From: Narcine bancroftii
Lineage: Eukaryota
Reading direction: 5' to 3'
Assembly (NCBI RefSeq): GCF_036971445.1
Contig: NC_091475.1
Location: 26,536,001-26,600,000, forward strand
Length of the DNA stretch: 64,000 nt
The notes under the pieces were generated by a model that had not been told where the DNA came from, made no database searches, and saw only the letters and a program-made list of their open reading frames with translations. Made by a program: the position numbers and the translations under genes. This document shows positions 51,030 to 64,000 of the stretch, piece by piece (within the stretch, counting starts at the first letter, position 1; each line of letters starts with the position of its first letter).

Positions 51030-51748
51030 TATTTATCTTTTAATATATGTAACAATTAACAATCATACCCTTCCCTTCTAATGTCCTATTAAACAGAGAA
51101 ATAATGAAGAAAAAGTAAAAGATCATCCCATTGCCAGTGCATACAGTAAAACATAAGAAGACATGATAACGACACATTGTTAAAATCTTTACAGAGGTCT
51201 ACTAGCCAGTAACAATCATGAACCTATATTGGTCCCAGTGAGGTACTTATATGCTCTAAATAAGGCTGCCAGATTTTTAGGAAGGTGTTATATCCCTTCC
51301 TGAGATTGCATGTTACCTTTTCAAGTGGGATGCAACTATTCATCTCCAAAGTCCACCTCTCCATGAGTAGATGGGAGTCAGACTTCCATGTTACTGCTAG
51401 GCATTTCCTGGTCACATACAAGGCAATTTCTGTGAATTTAATTCAGAATTAGTTAGGAATCTACCAACCGTGGTAAAGTTTGCCAGAAGATAAAGCTCTG
51501 GGTCTACTGGGAAGTGGACTCCCATGATCTTAGTTAGGGTATCACAGAGGTCATACCAAAGGGCCTTACCTTTGTGCAAAGCCAGGTAGAAAGTAAAAAG
51601 GAAGCAACCTCTGCACCACACCTAAAACACATCTCTGATAATTCAAGTTTCTATTAGTGTCATTTCTGTGGGATGAAGCACACTTGATAGAGAAAATTAT
51701 AATGGATCAATCTATACCTAGCATTGATAGTAGCCAACAAACTTCCCT
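51030..51748 (-). mobile_element. L1/Tx1 ORF2 C-terminal fragment
   Basis: WKSDSHLLMERW...CIPLEKVTCNLRK...KIWQPY motif. Confidence 0.8.
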
Positions 51749-52638
51749 GACTCCCATTTGGGCATTGGGCACTGGAATACAGAAATACAAAGCTGTGTTC
51801 CCCTGGAGAAAATTACCTATAACTTAAAAGAAAAAAATTTGGCAACCATATTTAACACAGTTATAGTGTGGATCTCAGTTTCTCGCCGCTCTGCCTCCCC
51901 CATCTATCCTTCTACTGAGGGAGGGGTGGAGAGTCCATTCCATCCCAATCAAGTCTTCTTTGGCTTGGCTTCACGGACGAAGATTTATGGAGGGGTAATG
52001 TCCACGTCAGCTGCAGGCTCGTTGGTGGCTGACAAGTCCGATGCGGGACAGGCAGACACGGTTGCAGCGGTTGCAAGGGAAAATTGGTTGGTTGGGGTTG
52101 GGTGTTGGGTTTTTCCTCCTTTGTCTTTTGACAGTGAGTGGGCTCTGCGGTCTTCTTCAAAGGAGGTTGCTGCCCGCCGAACTGTGAGGCGCCAAGATGC
52201 ACGGTTTGAGGCGGTATCAGCCCACTGGTGATGGTCAATGTGGCAGGCACCAAGAGCTTTCTTTAGGCAGTCCTTGTACCTCTTCTTTGGTGCACCTCTG
52301 TATCGGTGGCCAGTGGAGAGCTCGCCATATAACACGATCTTGGGAAGGCGATGGTCCTCCATTCTGGAGACGTGACCTACCCAGCGCAGTCCTACCCAGC
52401 CCAATCAAGTAAAGTCAAGAAAAATGTACCAGCCTAGGTGCCGGCTGTCAGGCCGTGACAAATCCCTACCTTTGTTGTGGGTGTCTTGGATGTCGTGCGT
52501 AACTGTGGTTTGGTGAGTGTGGGGAAGGTGTGGGGCGGGGGGGAAATGGCTCAGACTCAATGGCAAATTTTGAATATAATTGCTAACTGTAATTTCTGGA
52601 AACTGAGTTTGAAAATTTATCAATAAAATATAAAAAAC
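51749..52638 (+). mobile_element. L1/Tx1 3' end, opposite orientation, interrupted by an RTE copy
   Basis: DSHLGIGHWNTEIQSCVPLEKITYNL, with a tail caataaaatataaaaa at ~52621-52637. Confidence 0.7.
51955..52399 (-). mobile_element. 5'-truncated RTE LINE (same family as 35758-37380)
   Basis: WVGHVSRMEDHRLPKIVLYGEL motif and TSD CCCAATCAAGT at 51944-51954 and 52400-52410. Confidence 0.92.
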
Positions 52639-54089
52639 CAATCCTCCAGATGTTGTATCCCATTACGATACCAGGCTTCCAAAATTTTATTGTTCAAAGT
52701 CAATATGTACTCTAGCTTTATCAACCTCTGATATGGGTCACTGCAGAACATCCCATATTTTCTTCATTTAATTCAAATGTACTTGAAATGTCTTTACCAA
52801 TACATCTCGAGATATTAATCAGTCAATTAGCAAACAGCAAGAATTGAACAGCGAATGCTTTCTCGGTTGTAGAAAAGCAATATGATGTTCAGCACCCATA
52901 GTGGAGATGACTTTCCAATGTTATAGAAGGTGGACAGGGAATTAATTCTTTAAGTTCCCAGTGAAATCAGACCAGTCAGCATGGTTATGGACTGAAAGGT
53001 GCTGCACTGATTGAATTTGAGGACTGTGCCTTTGAAAGGATTGCAGCAGTGGACAATGAAAAGATTCTGGAGCTACACATACTTTGAGGAGCTGAAGCTC
53101 CTGATTTAATCTTCTGGGTTTGAGGGGTGTCAAGTTGAGGATTCACAGAACATGCTGTACAAAAGTTACCAGATACGGCATTAACAGAGCGAACGTGGCC
53201 AGAGATTGATGGCTATCGTTTCACAATCCTAGAGGGACAGAGAAAATAAAACCCAGGATGAGAAGAGAGGCAGCTCTCTCCAAGGGCAGGTGATATAGGT
53301 GTGCAACATACAAGAACCAGGGGCAATGGAGTTTATGATATACTGTCTGAAGTCAAATACAATGACTGGATTGAAAGGGATCCAAGAGCCAAATTCGACC
53401 TTCTCTGGAGGCAAACCAGAAACGTATGCAGTGGTATTGTGCCAAGGAGATCAAACGGTCAAGTGGACCTAACCAAAGACAAACGGCAAAGTAGTGAATA
53501 AAATGGTGACATTCTCAGGAGAGCTGTTTTGCAACTTGCTTGAAATATTAACAAAAGCACATATTTCCAGACACAAAGAGTACTAACACCACTTATTTTT
53601 TGGAAGCATATGTGCACTCCTTACTGACATCATTCACATCAGAGTAATTTAGTAACACATTTAAGCAATTACAGATTATGTACTCCAGACTGATATCTGA
53701 TCGTTTCCTTTTGATTCTCTAACCCACAATGAGTCAGTCCTCAATGTTAACCAGCTCACCAGAGTACATGTCTTAAAATAATCAGGGTGATACTGAAAAA
53801 GGAAAACTAGACTCGTCAGATGATGCATTTCTCCCTCACATACAACTGCCTCTGAAACTTCCACTTATAGCAGCAGTGAGCAACTGTTCACACAGAAACC
53901 AGAGGGCAACACTGTTCAACTCAATTCAATTTTCACTCAAGAATAATTCAAAAAGATAAACAAACGTAAAAGTCAGCAATCCAATTGCCTATATATAAAA
54001 ATATTCAAGGAACAGGTCAAAGGTCGATATATTATTCCAAGGGAGGGATCCAGGTTCAAAAGGCAACCCCATCTTTGATAGTCAAAGAG

Positions 54090-54335
54090 CCATAAAACAT
54101 GAAAACAGGCTATTTGGCCCAACTTGATCATGCCGACCAAGTTGTCCGTCTGAGCTAGACCCATTGGCCCATATTCCTCTCAAACTTCTCCATCCAAGTC
54201 TCTGTCGAAGTCTTTTAGCTGTACTTACCTCTAGAGATTCTTGGAGTTGTTCCTTGTACTCACCATCTTCTGTGTGAAAAAATGATCTTCAAGTTTTCTT
54301 TAAATCTTTTCTCTTTTACCTTAAACCAATGCCCT
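54090..54335 (-). mobile_element. CR1 3' end fragment
   Basis: aaacaggctatttggcccaacttgatcatgccgacc is the reverse complement of a CR1 tail. Confidence 0.65.
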
Positions 54336-54339
54336 CTAC

Positions 54340-55130
54340 AAACCTGCCGATGATGAATCATAGACGGCAACAAGAAAGTGTACAGGTGGGAGAGAAATCA
54401 GCTAGTTGAGTGGTGTCACAGCATCAACCTTGGACTCGGTGTTAGCAAAACCAAGGAGATGATCGTAGACTTCAGAAGGGGGAAATCAGAAGAACATGAA
54501 TCAGTCCTTATAGAGGGGTTAGTAGTGGAAAGGGTTAAGAACTTCCAATTCCTGGATGTCAACATCTCTGAGAATCTGCCCTGGGGCCTCCATGTCAATG
54601 CAATCATGAAGAAAGCTCGCTAGGGAGCAATACTTCACAAGGAGATTTGGTATGTCACCAAAGAGACTAGCAAATTTCTAAAGGTGTACGGTGAAGAGCA
54701 TTCTGACTGGTTGCATCTGTTGTGGAGGTGCCAATGCACAGGACAAAAAAAAAACTAGAGTTGTGAACTCAGCCAGCGCCATCGTGGGCATCAGTCTCTG
54801 TTCCATCGAGGACATCTACAAGAGGAGGCACCTTAAGAAAGCAGCCTCTATCCTCAAGAACGCTCACCACCCAGGCCATGCCCTTTTAACACTGCCTCCA
54901 TTGGGAAGGAGGTACAGGAGCCTGAAGATGAACACCCAGCCACACAAGGACAGCTTCTTCCGCTCCGTCATCATATTCCTGAATAGACAATGAACAACTA
55001 CCTCACTTTCTCTTATTTTTAAGCTAATTTATTTATTTTTAAATGTAATTTTATAGCAATACATGCTAATTATGCTGCAAAACAACAAATTTTGAGATAT
55101 ATTCATGTCTGAGTTTATTCTTCTTCTGAT
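54340..55130 (+). mobile_element. Rex1-type LINE 3' fragment
   Basis: SKTKEMIVDFRR, VERVKNFQFL and HHPGHALLTLPPLGRRYRS motifs. Confidence 0.85.
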
Positions 55131-56859
55131 TTTTTCAGATTCTCCTACTTGGAAAAAAAACTATTCACCTTGTCTTTGCCTCTTATTAACCTCTACAAGG
55201 TCACGTCCCAGATTATTCAGTCTCTCATCACTCAAACCCTCCAGTCCTGCTAGCTTCTTTGTGACCAGAGTCAAGCTTGTAAATCTCTGGGTGGGAGAAG
55301 GTGATGCAGCCAAGCAATGAAAAGTTGGGAAAAAAGGGGGGGGTGGTCGATCCTCAGCAGCTTCTACATTCACCAGGAAAAGAAGAAATCTGTGGGATCT
55401 GGGGGAGGGTGGGGGTGGGGGGTTATATCCAGATGTGAACCAGGCACTGCCAGTCCCCAATAATGGCCCACTCTCAGCAAGCTGCCCAGAGTGTAGTCTC
55501 AACCCTTGCACAGCCACAAAGTTCACCCCAGCCTGCACTTCAGCCTCAGAGCACCGAGTGATTCATTGCCAGGACAGCACCAGTGAATGGCAGCAATTCC
55601 AAACACAGCAGGGCACAGCCCAAGTGAACTTTTTTGTAAAGTATAGAAGGTGGGCACTCACAACCTTTTGGCTTGTAGGACCACAAGTACTACACCAAAT
55701 CAGTGGCCAGTTGGGAAGTACAGAAAGGGATACCAATCTATGAAATGACAAGAATGCCCTTAGCCATCCAATCAGAAAAATTGTTCTCTGATCTGATCAC
55801 TGTAGAGAAGAATGGATTCTGAGCAATATGCCCACCAAAGCAGGCGGGGGGGAAACAAGATGCTTTGGAGGTGGCAGATGATTTGTTTAAGGCTGGTAGT
55901 GTGGAAAGAGCAAACAGGGACACTAACAGGGTTTTCTGAATCGGAGGAAGTTGAGTTGACAAGTGTTCAGGAAATGGAATTGGACTCAATGAAGGAACCA
56001 TATTTGAGGAGAAAGGAGGATATTTCAAAGAAAGTGCCAATATCAGATCAAAAACAAAGGAGACACAAAACTGACTGAGCAGAATGTGGGGAGGTGTGAA
56101 GAACTACAGTCCAGGTCAACGTGAGAGCTCACAGGCTTGTACCAGAGTATAAATCTCATTTCACAGAACTAGAATGGGAGGGAGTGAGAGAAGGCTTGGA
56201 TGGATCAGGCATGTACAGTGTAAAAAAGTATTGGAGGCATGGAAATTTGACGACAAACTAATGAAATTCTCCACATGAATGTAGAAGCAGTCAGCTAATG
56301 TGTTGGAAATCAAGAATGAGTCTATGTTAGACTGATTCAGAGAATGTTCAAAATATCCTGAAAAAAAAAAATCAGGTTTGGCAAGAATCTTTGTAGGTTT
56401 CCATGGCAGCAAGTTTAATCTTCTGGAGATGCATAAAGAAAAGATTATTTGAGGAAATAATTCAGCCAGACAAGGGAGGTGCCTGTGGATGGAGCCTGGT
56501 TAGGTCACTCTTTGAGGAATGTCCTAGGAGAGGAACGGAGGCAAATGATTTATCTTTCCAGTGAAACAAAAGGTTAGGTCCAGAGAGCTGAGATTTATTC
56601 CAAGACTAGTGAAACATCAAGAAGAGTTTAAGATCTAGCTTTGACAAGGAATAAGGAAGGATCCATCCAACCTATTCACCACCATCTGATTGCTTTGAGG
56701 AAAGCAAGGATTTAGTGGCAGGATTGGTCCAACTTGTGTATTTTTTTTTCACTCTTCTGGTCACCTCTTAAACCAGAGTAGCATTCCTTGACCTGAAGAT
56801 CCATTTCATCAACCTGAATAATCAATAGTCTTTGCAATTTCCATCCCTCTCACAGTCTT

Positions 56860-57610
56860 CCCTCCTGACTGCTCTGCTTCTCTCCACCTACCTCCCCTTG
56901 ACATCACAGCGCACTCATGGAGAGGAGGAGATGCAACATCTGCCCTTTATATCCTTGCCTCCCCACTATTAGGAGCTCAAACACACCATTCCATTTGAAG
57001 GAGTGATTTTACTTGTACTTCTCCCATTCTGGTAATGATGTACTTGCAGCTTCTTCTGTGCTTGGGAGCCCAAACACTGACTGGGTAACCACTTCAGTTC
57101 ACAAGAATCACACGGGCCTGCCAGAATAATGCTCTATCCCTCCCTCAATCTACTAACCCTTTGCCCTCAGCCCTTTATACTGTTGCAGTCAAATGAAGCT
57201 TGATGAGCAGCATCTCATCTTCTGACTGGACACATCTGTCTTGGCTCAACAAGGAGCTCAATTGCTTCAGATGGTCAGCGTTTCGAGCATTTTTATTTTA
57301 CGTCTTCAGTGCACTCCACATTTCTATGTTAACATCAGATAAAGATTCTATACCTCCACCTTCTTCACGCTACACGCGTTTTCCAGTACCACCTTGGCTA
57401 ACTTTGCACATCATCTTTTTAACCTAGTTTACACCTAATTACACAAAAGCATTTAAGATAGAAATTGCATTAAGCAGACTCAATTACCTAATTTGGCTGA
57501 TGGCATCCCCTCCATGTATCTCAGTTTATCTTAACTATTCCCTGCTTTGATGCAGGACTCAAAATATTAACTCTGCTTTTCTCCATTGATGCTGCCTGGT
57601 CTGCTGAGTG
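56860..57610 (+). mobile_element. Penelope-like element 3' remnant with terminal motif
   Basis: RRRCNICPF...FTCTS and QHLIF remnants, followed by gatgctgcctggtctgctgag. Confidence 0.65.
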
Positions 57611-59414
57611 AATCCGTGCTTTTATTGATCAGTATGGCAGTGGCTACACTTCATGCAACACATTGGTCCAAAGTGAGAATTAAAAACAAAAGCGTGCCTG
57701 TATGATGCCTCAGCCTTGAATTGTACTGGTCCCTAATTAGTACCGTGAGAACCTTCCACACACGTGGAAATGCCCACCCATAAATCATGTGATTTTAACA
57801 ACGCTGCCAAACATTGCCTATTATTCACGATGCCTTTCAGTGCCAAAAATCAAAACAACTTACAGAACTCTTGACCCAAAATAATTTTATTTGCTGAGAA
57901 TTATTCATCACTTACATTTGCTACATAAATGTACATATTGTACCTTTGTTGTGTTATTTGATTGTACACAGTATTGTTATGTTTTTCCTTGGTCAATTTG
58001 AATTGATATTCTGTACTTTGAAGTTTAGCAGCAGCAACAATCTGCTCTGCAGGCTCTGTCCTGACAGATCGTCATCAGTGGGTTCGTCAACACTGCAGCA
58101 GCCAAGCTTCCTCTTCCCAGATTATGATTTTGTTTGTAAAATCACTTAAAATGAAAATGTTAACAAGCAGATTGCGGAACAAACTAAAAGTGCCCAGAAA
58201 GACACAATATTTTTTTATTACCTTGCCCAATTTATATGGGTACCAATAAATGTTTAAATGATCTAATTTGTCCTCCTACCATTGCCAAAACATAGCTTGT
58301 GACAATACTGAATTAATCACAATCATCGCTGCTCGTATTTCAGCCTTGTACATTCCTGAATATTCACCCTGTGTTATGAAGGCAAAAAAATAATTATGTC
58401 ACTGGCTATTTTTAGTTGAAGTGAACACAATGTGAAGATTTCACATGAACAATGTTTGGGAATCGGGAATCATCTTCTGAAACCTGCTTTATTCACACTT
58501 ATAGATTACTGTTTCTAAAATTCAATTTTAGAAATAATCTGTGCTGTTGTGACCATATATTTAAAATAATAAAGTCTGCTTGTGATCTTATGGGATCTCC
58601 AGCTATCCATCCAGCACTAATCCCAATATTTTGCATTAAAATGGTCCAAATGAAGGTTTTACCTGTATTGGTAACCCTAGCAGCTATTATGAAACTATGG
58701 TCCTTTGTTTTCAGTGATTACTAAAGAGAGAGAGAAAAAAAATCACACATATTGTGCATTTTCCCAAGAGTATATTCTTGGAATGTCATTAGCCTTGAAA
58801 TAGAAAGTCTCTGTAATTCACATCCATTAATCACCCCATTCATTACCAGCCCCAAACTACACAGAGTCCCACCCTGAAACTTCAAATGACCATTTTCCTT
58901 GATGGATGCTGCCTGACCCATTGAGATCCTCCACCTTCTCTTTGTTCATTCAAGAGACCAGCACCTGCAGTTCTTGTGTTTTTCATATATATGGATAATG
59001 AACTTGGCATTTTTTTGCTCTCTTTTTTGGGGAACTCCAGGTGAAATATTTTTGAGTAACATGTTCCTGTCCCCAGGAATGAGGTTGCAAGCGTTATTTC
59101 ATATGGTTTGGGAATGTGGAACCTAGATTCATTAAGTAACATGCTAGCCACAGTCATTTCATAACATTTTTTAAGAGGCAGGCTCGAAGGCATCTGACAT
59201 CATGTCTAGCAATTTTAGTCAATGCAGGATTAATCTTGCCTACTACTCAGGACAAAAAGGAAGGTAAAGCAAGAAAGAATCTGGACAGACTCAAGTTTTG
59301 CATTCCAAAGGATGCTTGAATAGTGTAGCAGCCCACTACTATTGAATCCAGGTGAATCCAGTGACCAAGTTACACTAAAGTGTGTGCCTTAAGGAAATTT
59401 GAGATTACAATCTG

Positions 59415-59595
59415 ATGATCGATTTTTATGATGTTGGTTAGGAGATAAATATTGGTCAGATACTGATGAGAATTCCATTGCTTTTTTTTATTTAAAAAAT
59501 GCCTCTGGAACCTTTACATTCACCAGAGAGGAGAGGTGGCCATTTTAACAATTTAAATATTGCAGTAATTCCTCAGTACTTGGACTAGAGTGGTA
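59415..59595 (-). mobile_element. Deu-domain SINE fragment
   Basis: tgatgttggttaggagataaatattggtcaga...ctttacattcaccagagagg...tgcagtaattcctcagtact matches the reverse-complement Deu domain as I recall it. Confidence 0.7.
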
Positions 59596-60306
59596 CCATC
59601 ACAAAATTAAAATTAACATACATTCCAAGAAAATTATTTTCTTCTCCCAAATGCTGTTCAATACAAGCTCAGAGAAACTGTGAATCTTGTTTGAGGAAAG
59701 AATATTCATAGATGGACAGTTTGAGGCCGCATGAAATCCAATTCTAACGTGAAGAATGAACATATTGGAGAATGAGGGGTAAATCATTTTCAAAGAGCAA
59801 TCAAAACCCTCCAGTTCAAGAAGTACATTTCTTATTCGGAATAATCATTTTTTCCTCTTGTCTTCCTGTTAAAGACAATTATTGTCTTTACAATCAAGAG
59901 ATATTAATAAGCCAAAAGCTATTTCACCCATCATTTCAAAAATATTAACCTAAAGGTTTGCTTATTAATAAATGTGCAGTCTCTCCTGTTTAGAGTAATT
60001 TTAACTCCCATTACCCAACTGAAATTGAAACAATTCCACTTGCATTAATTCTGTGTTATATCACATTTAAACAGCCCAAAGCATATCACACAGTAACTGA
60101 CTTCTGAACCATGGGATTGAACAAGCAAATTGTCCACTAATTGTATAACTGTTTGAGAGAAAAAGTTTCAATTTAAGTGATTTGAACATATTTAAAATGG
60201 ATTTCATTCTCCATTATACTGCACCATTTGCTGGATTTACCTCCATAGTAACTAGATCTAATTGGTTCTGACAGGGGTTAAAACAGGAAGAAGTTTTTTT
60301 AAATTC

Positions 60307-60401
60307 AAAAAATATGGAACTTTTCACAAATTTGCACAGGGGCCATGTTAATCTTCTCTGTATCGTTCCAATGTTAGTATATGTGCTGCCGAAGCAAGCA
60401 C
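60307..60401 (-). pseudogene. RNU6: U6 snRNA retropseudogene
   Basis: The reverse strand reads GTGCTTGCTTCGGCAGCACATATACTAACATTGGAACGATACAGAGAAGATTAACATGGCCCCTGTGCAAATTTGTGAAAAGTTCCATATTTTTT. It has the ACAGAGA box, a 13-nt internal deletion, an A tract and a near-perfect 11-bp TSD. Confidence 0.93.
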
Positions 60402-61926
60402 GGAAGAAATTTAATTACCTCCAAAAAAACCATGGCAGCAGGATTGGTACATGCACCAATCTCCCCAATCATTTGAATGAATGAATGGCGGTGCTGACTG
60501 TTAAAAAAATATATTATTTGTTGGAGAAGCTTGTCAATTGTTAAGTGCTGAGGCACAAAAGTTTCTCCAAAGCTACTTACAAATACAGCAACTTCATTAT
60601 GAGGCTTCACTCATCTCAGGTTAACCAAAGGACAGCCTGCTCCAATAATCCAGATAAGCATAACTTTTGGAGGAAGTGTTTTGTGGAAACTATTAAGCAC
60701 CAGTACTTCACCTATATGAGCAGCATCTTCAAGCCTAAAATCTAGAAATAATACCGATTTTATAATTTATTCTTCAGCTGAGAATCTTATCTTATCTTAT
60801 CTTACCTTTTATATAATCAGCCATGGCTAAAAGACATAGTGAGCTCCATCGACTGTCAAATGCTGGCTTTGACATTAAAAACCTGAAACACTCCGAGTTA
60901 AACAGTGCAACATGTTCATTTTTGCACAGAGGAATTTCTCCTTTTACCTTGGAATGGAGGATGATTTATAACACATCAAATTTGCATTTCTTACCCTTGG
61001 ATAAACTTTCCTACTTCCACCAAGCTGATATGAATAAATGATCAGAATCACAGCATCAATGCAATCTCCCATTGCTCATAACCAGGTACAATCCTCATAA
61101 ATAAAATGTAATTTATTCAATTGGATAGTTCATGACAAACACAATTATTTGTTCTTATATAGCAGAAGATGTATAGAAACAGCAGGGGAGTTAAACCAAG
61201 AAAGCAATTAAGTTCAAGGGTAGGAGATAAATGATCTAACATAGGTAATAGAGCCAGTAACTTCATCAGGGTGACACCACTAACAACTCATTGTTGAAGT
61301 TCTCTCTCTAGTTGCTGTTATTGCAGCTGTTATGTTAAAACAATGGTAGCGTTGCTGCTGGTTCAGACCCGTGAGAGTGGAGACACAGCACCCCTTTGCA
61401 GGGTTTAACCACCGAGTCTTAATGCCAGTAGCTTGGTGCAGGCTTTAAATGGCCTGTTAAAAAAAGCTAAGTGTTTGTAAGTAAAATCCTGCAACTGCAA
61501 GGTCTGTGCCAAGATGGCAGTGCTGGTGCTTGGCAGTGGCCATGAGGGGTTGCAGACTCCAGGGAGCAGTGGACCGGTGCAGGGCACCGGAAATGGGGAG
61601 AAAACACCCTTGTTGAGAAGAAGAAATATAGGAGACAATCCTACAGATGGTGACCTCGGCAGTGGACCAGCGATGGACCCACACAGACTGCTGGTGACTT
61701 ACAGATGGGGGAACCTGCGCGGGCTGTGGGATGCTGGAGACTAGTTCATGTTAACCAATTATCGGAGCCAGTATTCGAGACGGTGCTGAGGACAAGAAAG
61801 GGTCATGGGCGTTGAATGTTTCCTGATCGTATCAGAGGTTTAGATTTGGAGCTTGGGTTGCCAATGAATCGAACGGGAGTCTCTGAGGCTACAGGATCGC
61901 AGGAGGAGAAGCCATGAACACTCAGT

Positions 61927-62269
61927 AGCCCCTTTCACACTTGCATCCCAGGATAGGAATGGGGGTTTGGCTTTTCACACTTGACCACTCCTGACTGGGA
62001 CAGTAAACGCTTTCACACTTGCAAGGAGCCATCGCCGGGGTTAGGACTGTTCTACCTTCTACTGACGCAATTACCCTTTTCACATTTGCCTGACTGCAAC
62101 ACTGGCATCTGCAGATGCCATGGATTGTACTGGGGGAGAGGCAGTCAATCCCCGGTGTGAAATGACGTCATCTGATGCTGGCATTGAGCTTATCTTGCCT
62201 TCAAACTTGGCACTTTAAAGGCCGATTGGTGTTTGATTCCTGGGATCAATTGCAAGTGAGAAAGGGGCT
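61927..62269. mobile_element. MITE, probably PIF/Harbinger-like, with subterminal repeats
   Basis: TIR AGCCCCTTTCACACTTGCA...TGCAAGTGAGAAAGGGGCT and internal repeats of TTTCACACTTG. The superfamily call is tentative. Confidence 0.7.
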
Positions 62270-63879
62270 ACAGACTCTGAAGGGACTCTCTTTTGCTTCT
62301 CTTTCTCCTATTGCTAGGGATGACGGGCAATGCTCGTGGTGACTCTTTGCCTTACAGCAGATAAAAGTTAAAGTATATCAGGTACATTACATTTTTCTTA
62401 CATTACCTTGACTGTGTTAAGTCATGTATAGAGACAATTACAAAAACCATAATGCAAGGCTGCTTTCCAGTTATCAAATTACCCTTTGATACTTCAGCTG
62501 CTTTGTATTTTGCGATCTTCATTCCCATAATTTAATTTTCATATGAATCCTTGTTAAACCTACTGATTTTATCAAGGAGATTTATGTTTATCTGACTTGC
62601 AATTAAGTTAATGGAATTTGATAATTCTTTAAATATCCTTTTATGTAATCTATTATGAACCATAAAATATAAAGCAATTATGCGTCAGGAAAATCTGGTT
62701 CACCACAAAGCTACAATTTATAAATTATTAAGCACATATGAAATACAATTTCACCCTCACTCACTTTGTAATATAATACCTGATATCTTGGTCATCTTAT
62801 AAATATCTTATATCCATTTTTGTCTCAATGTACTTATAAAATCAGTCCAGACTTAAAACTGTCATGGAACCTTCTTTGAAGTGTAAATAAAATCTGTCTG
62901 TACCTGAAAATGCCTTCCCACTTGTAGTAAATTGGAGAAAACTACTAAGTGACAACTGCCAATTACTATGGGATAAAATTCAGAGTGTGTCATTTTTTTT
63001 GCCTAAACTACTGGGTTGTATCCAAATAGAAGTTACAAAAATCAAACTTCAGCCAGGTCCGCTGGGCATACAATGTAGTGAGGCCTCCTGGGAAGTGTAA
63101 TGACATCAAGCAGCAAATTTTCTTAGATCACTTACGCAATCAAGATCCATGAATAGTGCAAGTCACTCCCACTGACGCAAATATTAGCTAGAGATACAAA
63201 GCCTAGCTTGTCTTAACTAACTGGATCTAGGTTGAGAGAATGCGGCATCTAGTACATTTTGGGGGGGTCCTCCCATTTGTGGCTTCCCTGATATTAACTC
63301 CTATTTCACCTTCCTTTTTATCCCCTATCCTTCTCATCAATGTTCATTTTGTCTAAACTTCATCCCACCCACTTTGTATCCATAATTTGCACCAGTCCAA
63401 TCCCAGTTCTATCATTCACCAACCAAACAGCCTGCTTTTTTGCGGTTACTCTTGAATTCCTCCACTATTCCAGCACCACATTCTTTTCAAAAAGCTTGTA
63501 AAATTTGATTCATCAGACAAATGACTGCAGGCGGGGGAGGGGTGGGGGGAAGGTTTACACAAGGCTGGAAGAATGGCACTGCTTTAGTATGACTTTCCTG
63601 CTGTGGAGGAACTTCTGGCCCCCAGTCTTCCAAGAGTGGTTGGTTACCAAAACCACACAAAATAAAGGTGAATTCCTAAGCAGATAAAATATGGACAGAG
63701 AATCCTGCACCATTAAGTGCTGTGACGATTTTAACTTGGAAATAAGCAGGTAGGTGTTTATCCAAAGCAAAGGTTCAAATAGATGCTGCCCGATCTGCTG
63801 AGTATCCAGGCATTTTGTGTTTATAGTTCAGATTGTTGGGTAGTTTCAAAGTTTAAGACATCTTCATTGGACAATGTCC

Positions 63880-64000
63880 TCATCCAACTATTAATAACCA
63901 ACCATTACCCCTATACTCAGCCTTCTGTTTTGTCCTTCCAAAATGCATCACCTCAGATTGAACTCCATCTGCCATTTTCCACCTAACTCTGCATCCTGTC
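63880..64000 (-). mobile_element. Probable CR1 fragment at the window edge
   Basis: ccaaaatgcatcacctca...gaactccatctgcca corresponds to WQMEFN..EVMHFG on the reverse strand. Confidence 0.6.

Noticed and set aside
51030-52638. A second 5'-inverted LINE (back-to-back L1 3' ends)
   Set aside because: Both halves cover the same C-terminal region with clearly different sequences and no shared TSD was seen, so two independent insertions are more likely.
60307-60401. Functional U6 snRNA gene
   Set aside because: It has an internal deletion, a mutated AGC triad and an A tract plus TSD, and I recognised no upstream promoter.
60415-60830. Signal-peptide exon of the IGSF3-like gene (phase-1 candidates MYQSCCHGFFG near 60420-60452 and MADYIK near 60806-60824)
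   Set aside because: Neither encodes a hydrophobic signal sequence, and they cannot be supported without transcripts.

Overview
This is eukaryotic, repeat-rich vertebrate DNA. The repeat repertoire (HE1/V-SINEs, Deu-domain SINEs, CR1, Rex1/Babar, L1/Tx1, RTE, Penelope-like and Chapaev3 elements) points to a cartilaginous fish, though that assignment is an inference. The only host coding sequence I can support is one 378-bp minus-strand exon (22854-23231). It encodes the end of the signal peptide plus the first V-type Ig domain of an IGSF3/CD101-like (EWI family) protein, so most or all of the window is probably intronic. Nearly all other informative ORFs are transposon remnants. I found no convincing new multi-gene system. 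The most unusual structures are individual insertions: a 5'-inverted RTE LINE with an intact TSD that creates a 361-aa chimeric ORF, a TSD-flanked L1 that keeps ORF1 but lacks EN/RT, a TSD-flanked poly(A) retrocopy made of ~43-nt hairpin repeats, a U6 retrocopy missing its catalytic elements, Penelope-derived hairpins with decayed hammerhead cores, a hAT element with CpG-rich cargo, and a Gypsy-type solo LTR pair. Repeat families were named from recognised motifs, not database searches. Boundaries of degraded repeats are approximate.
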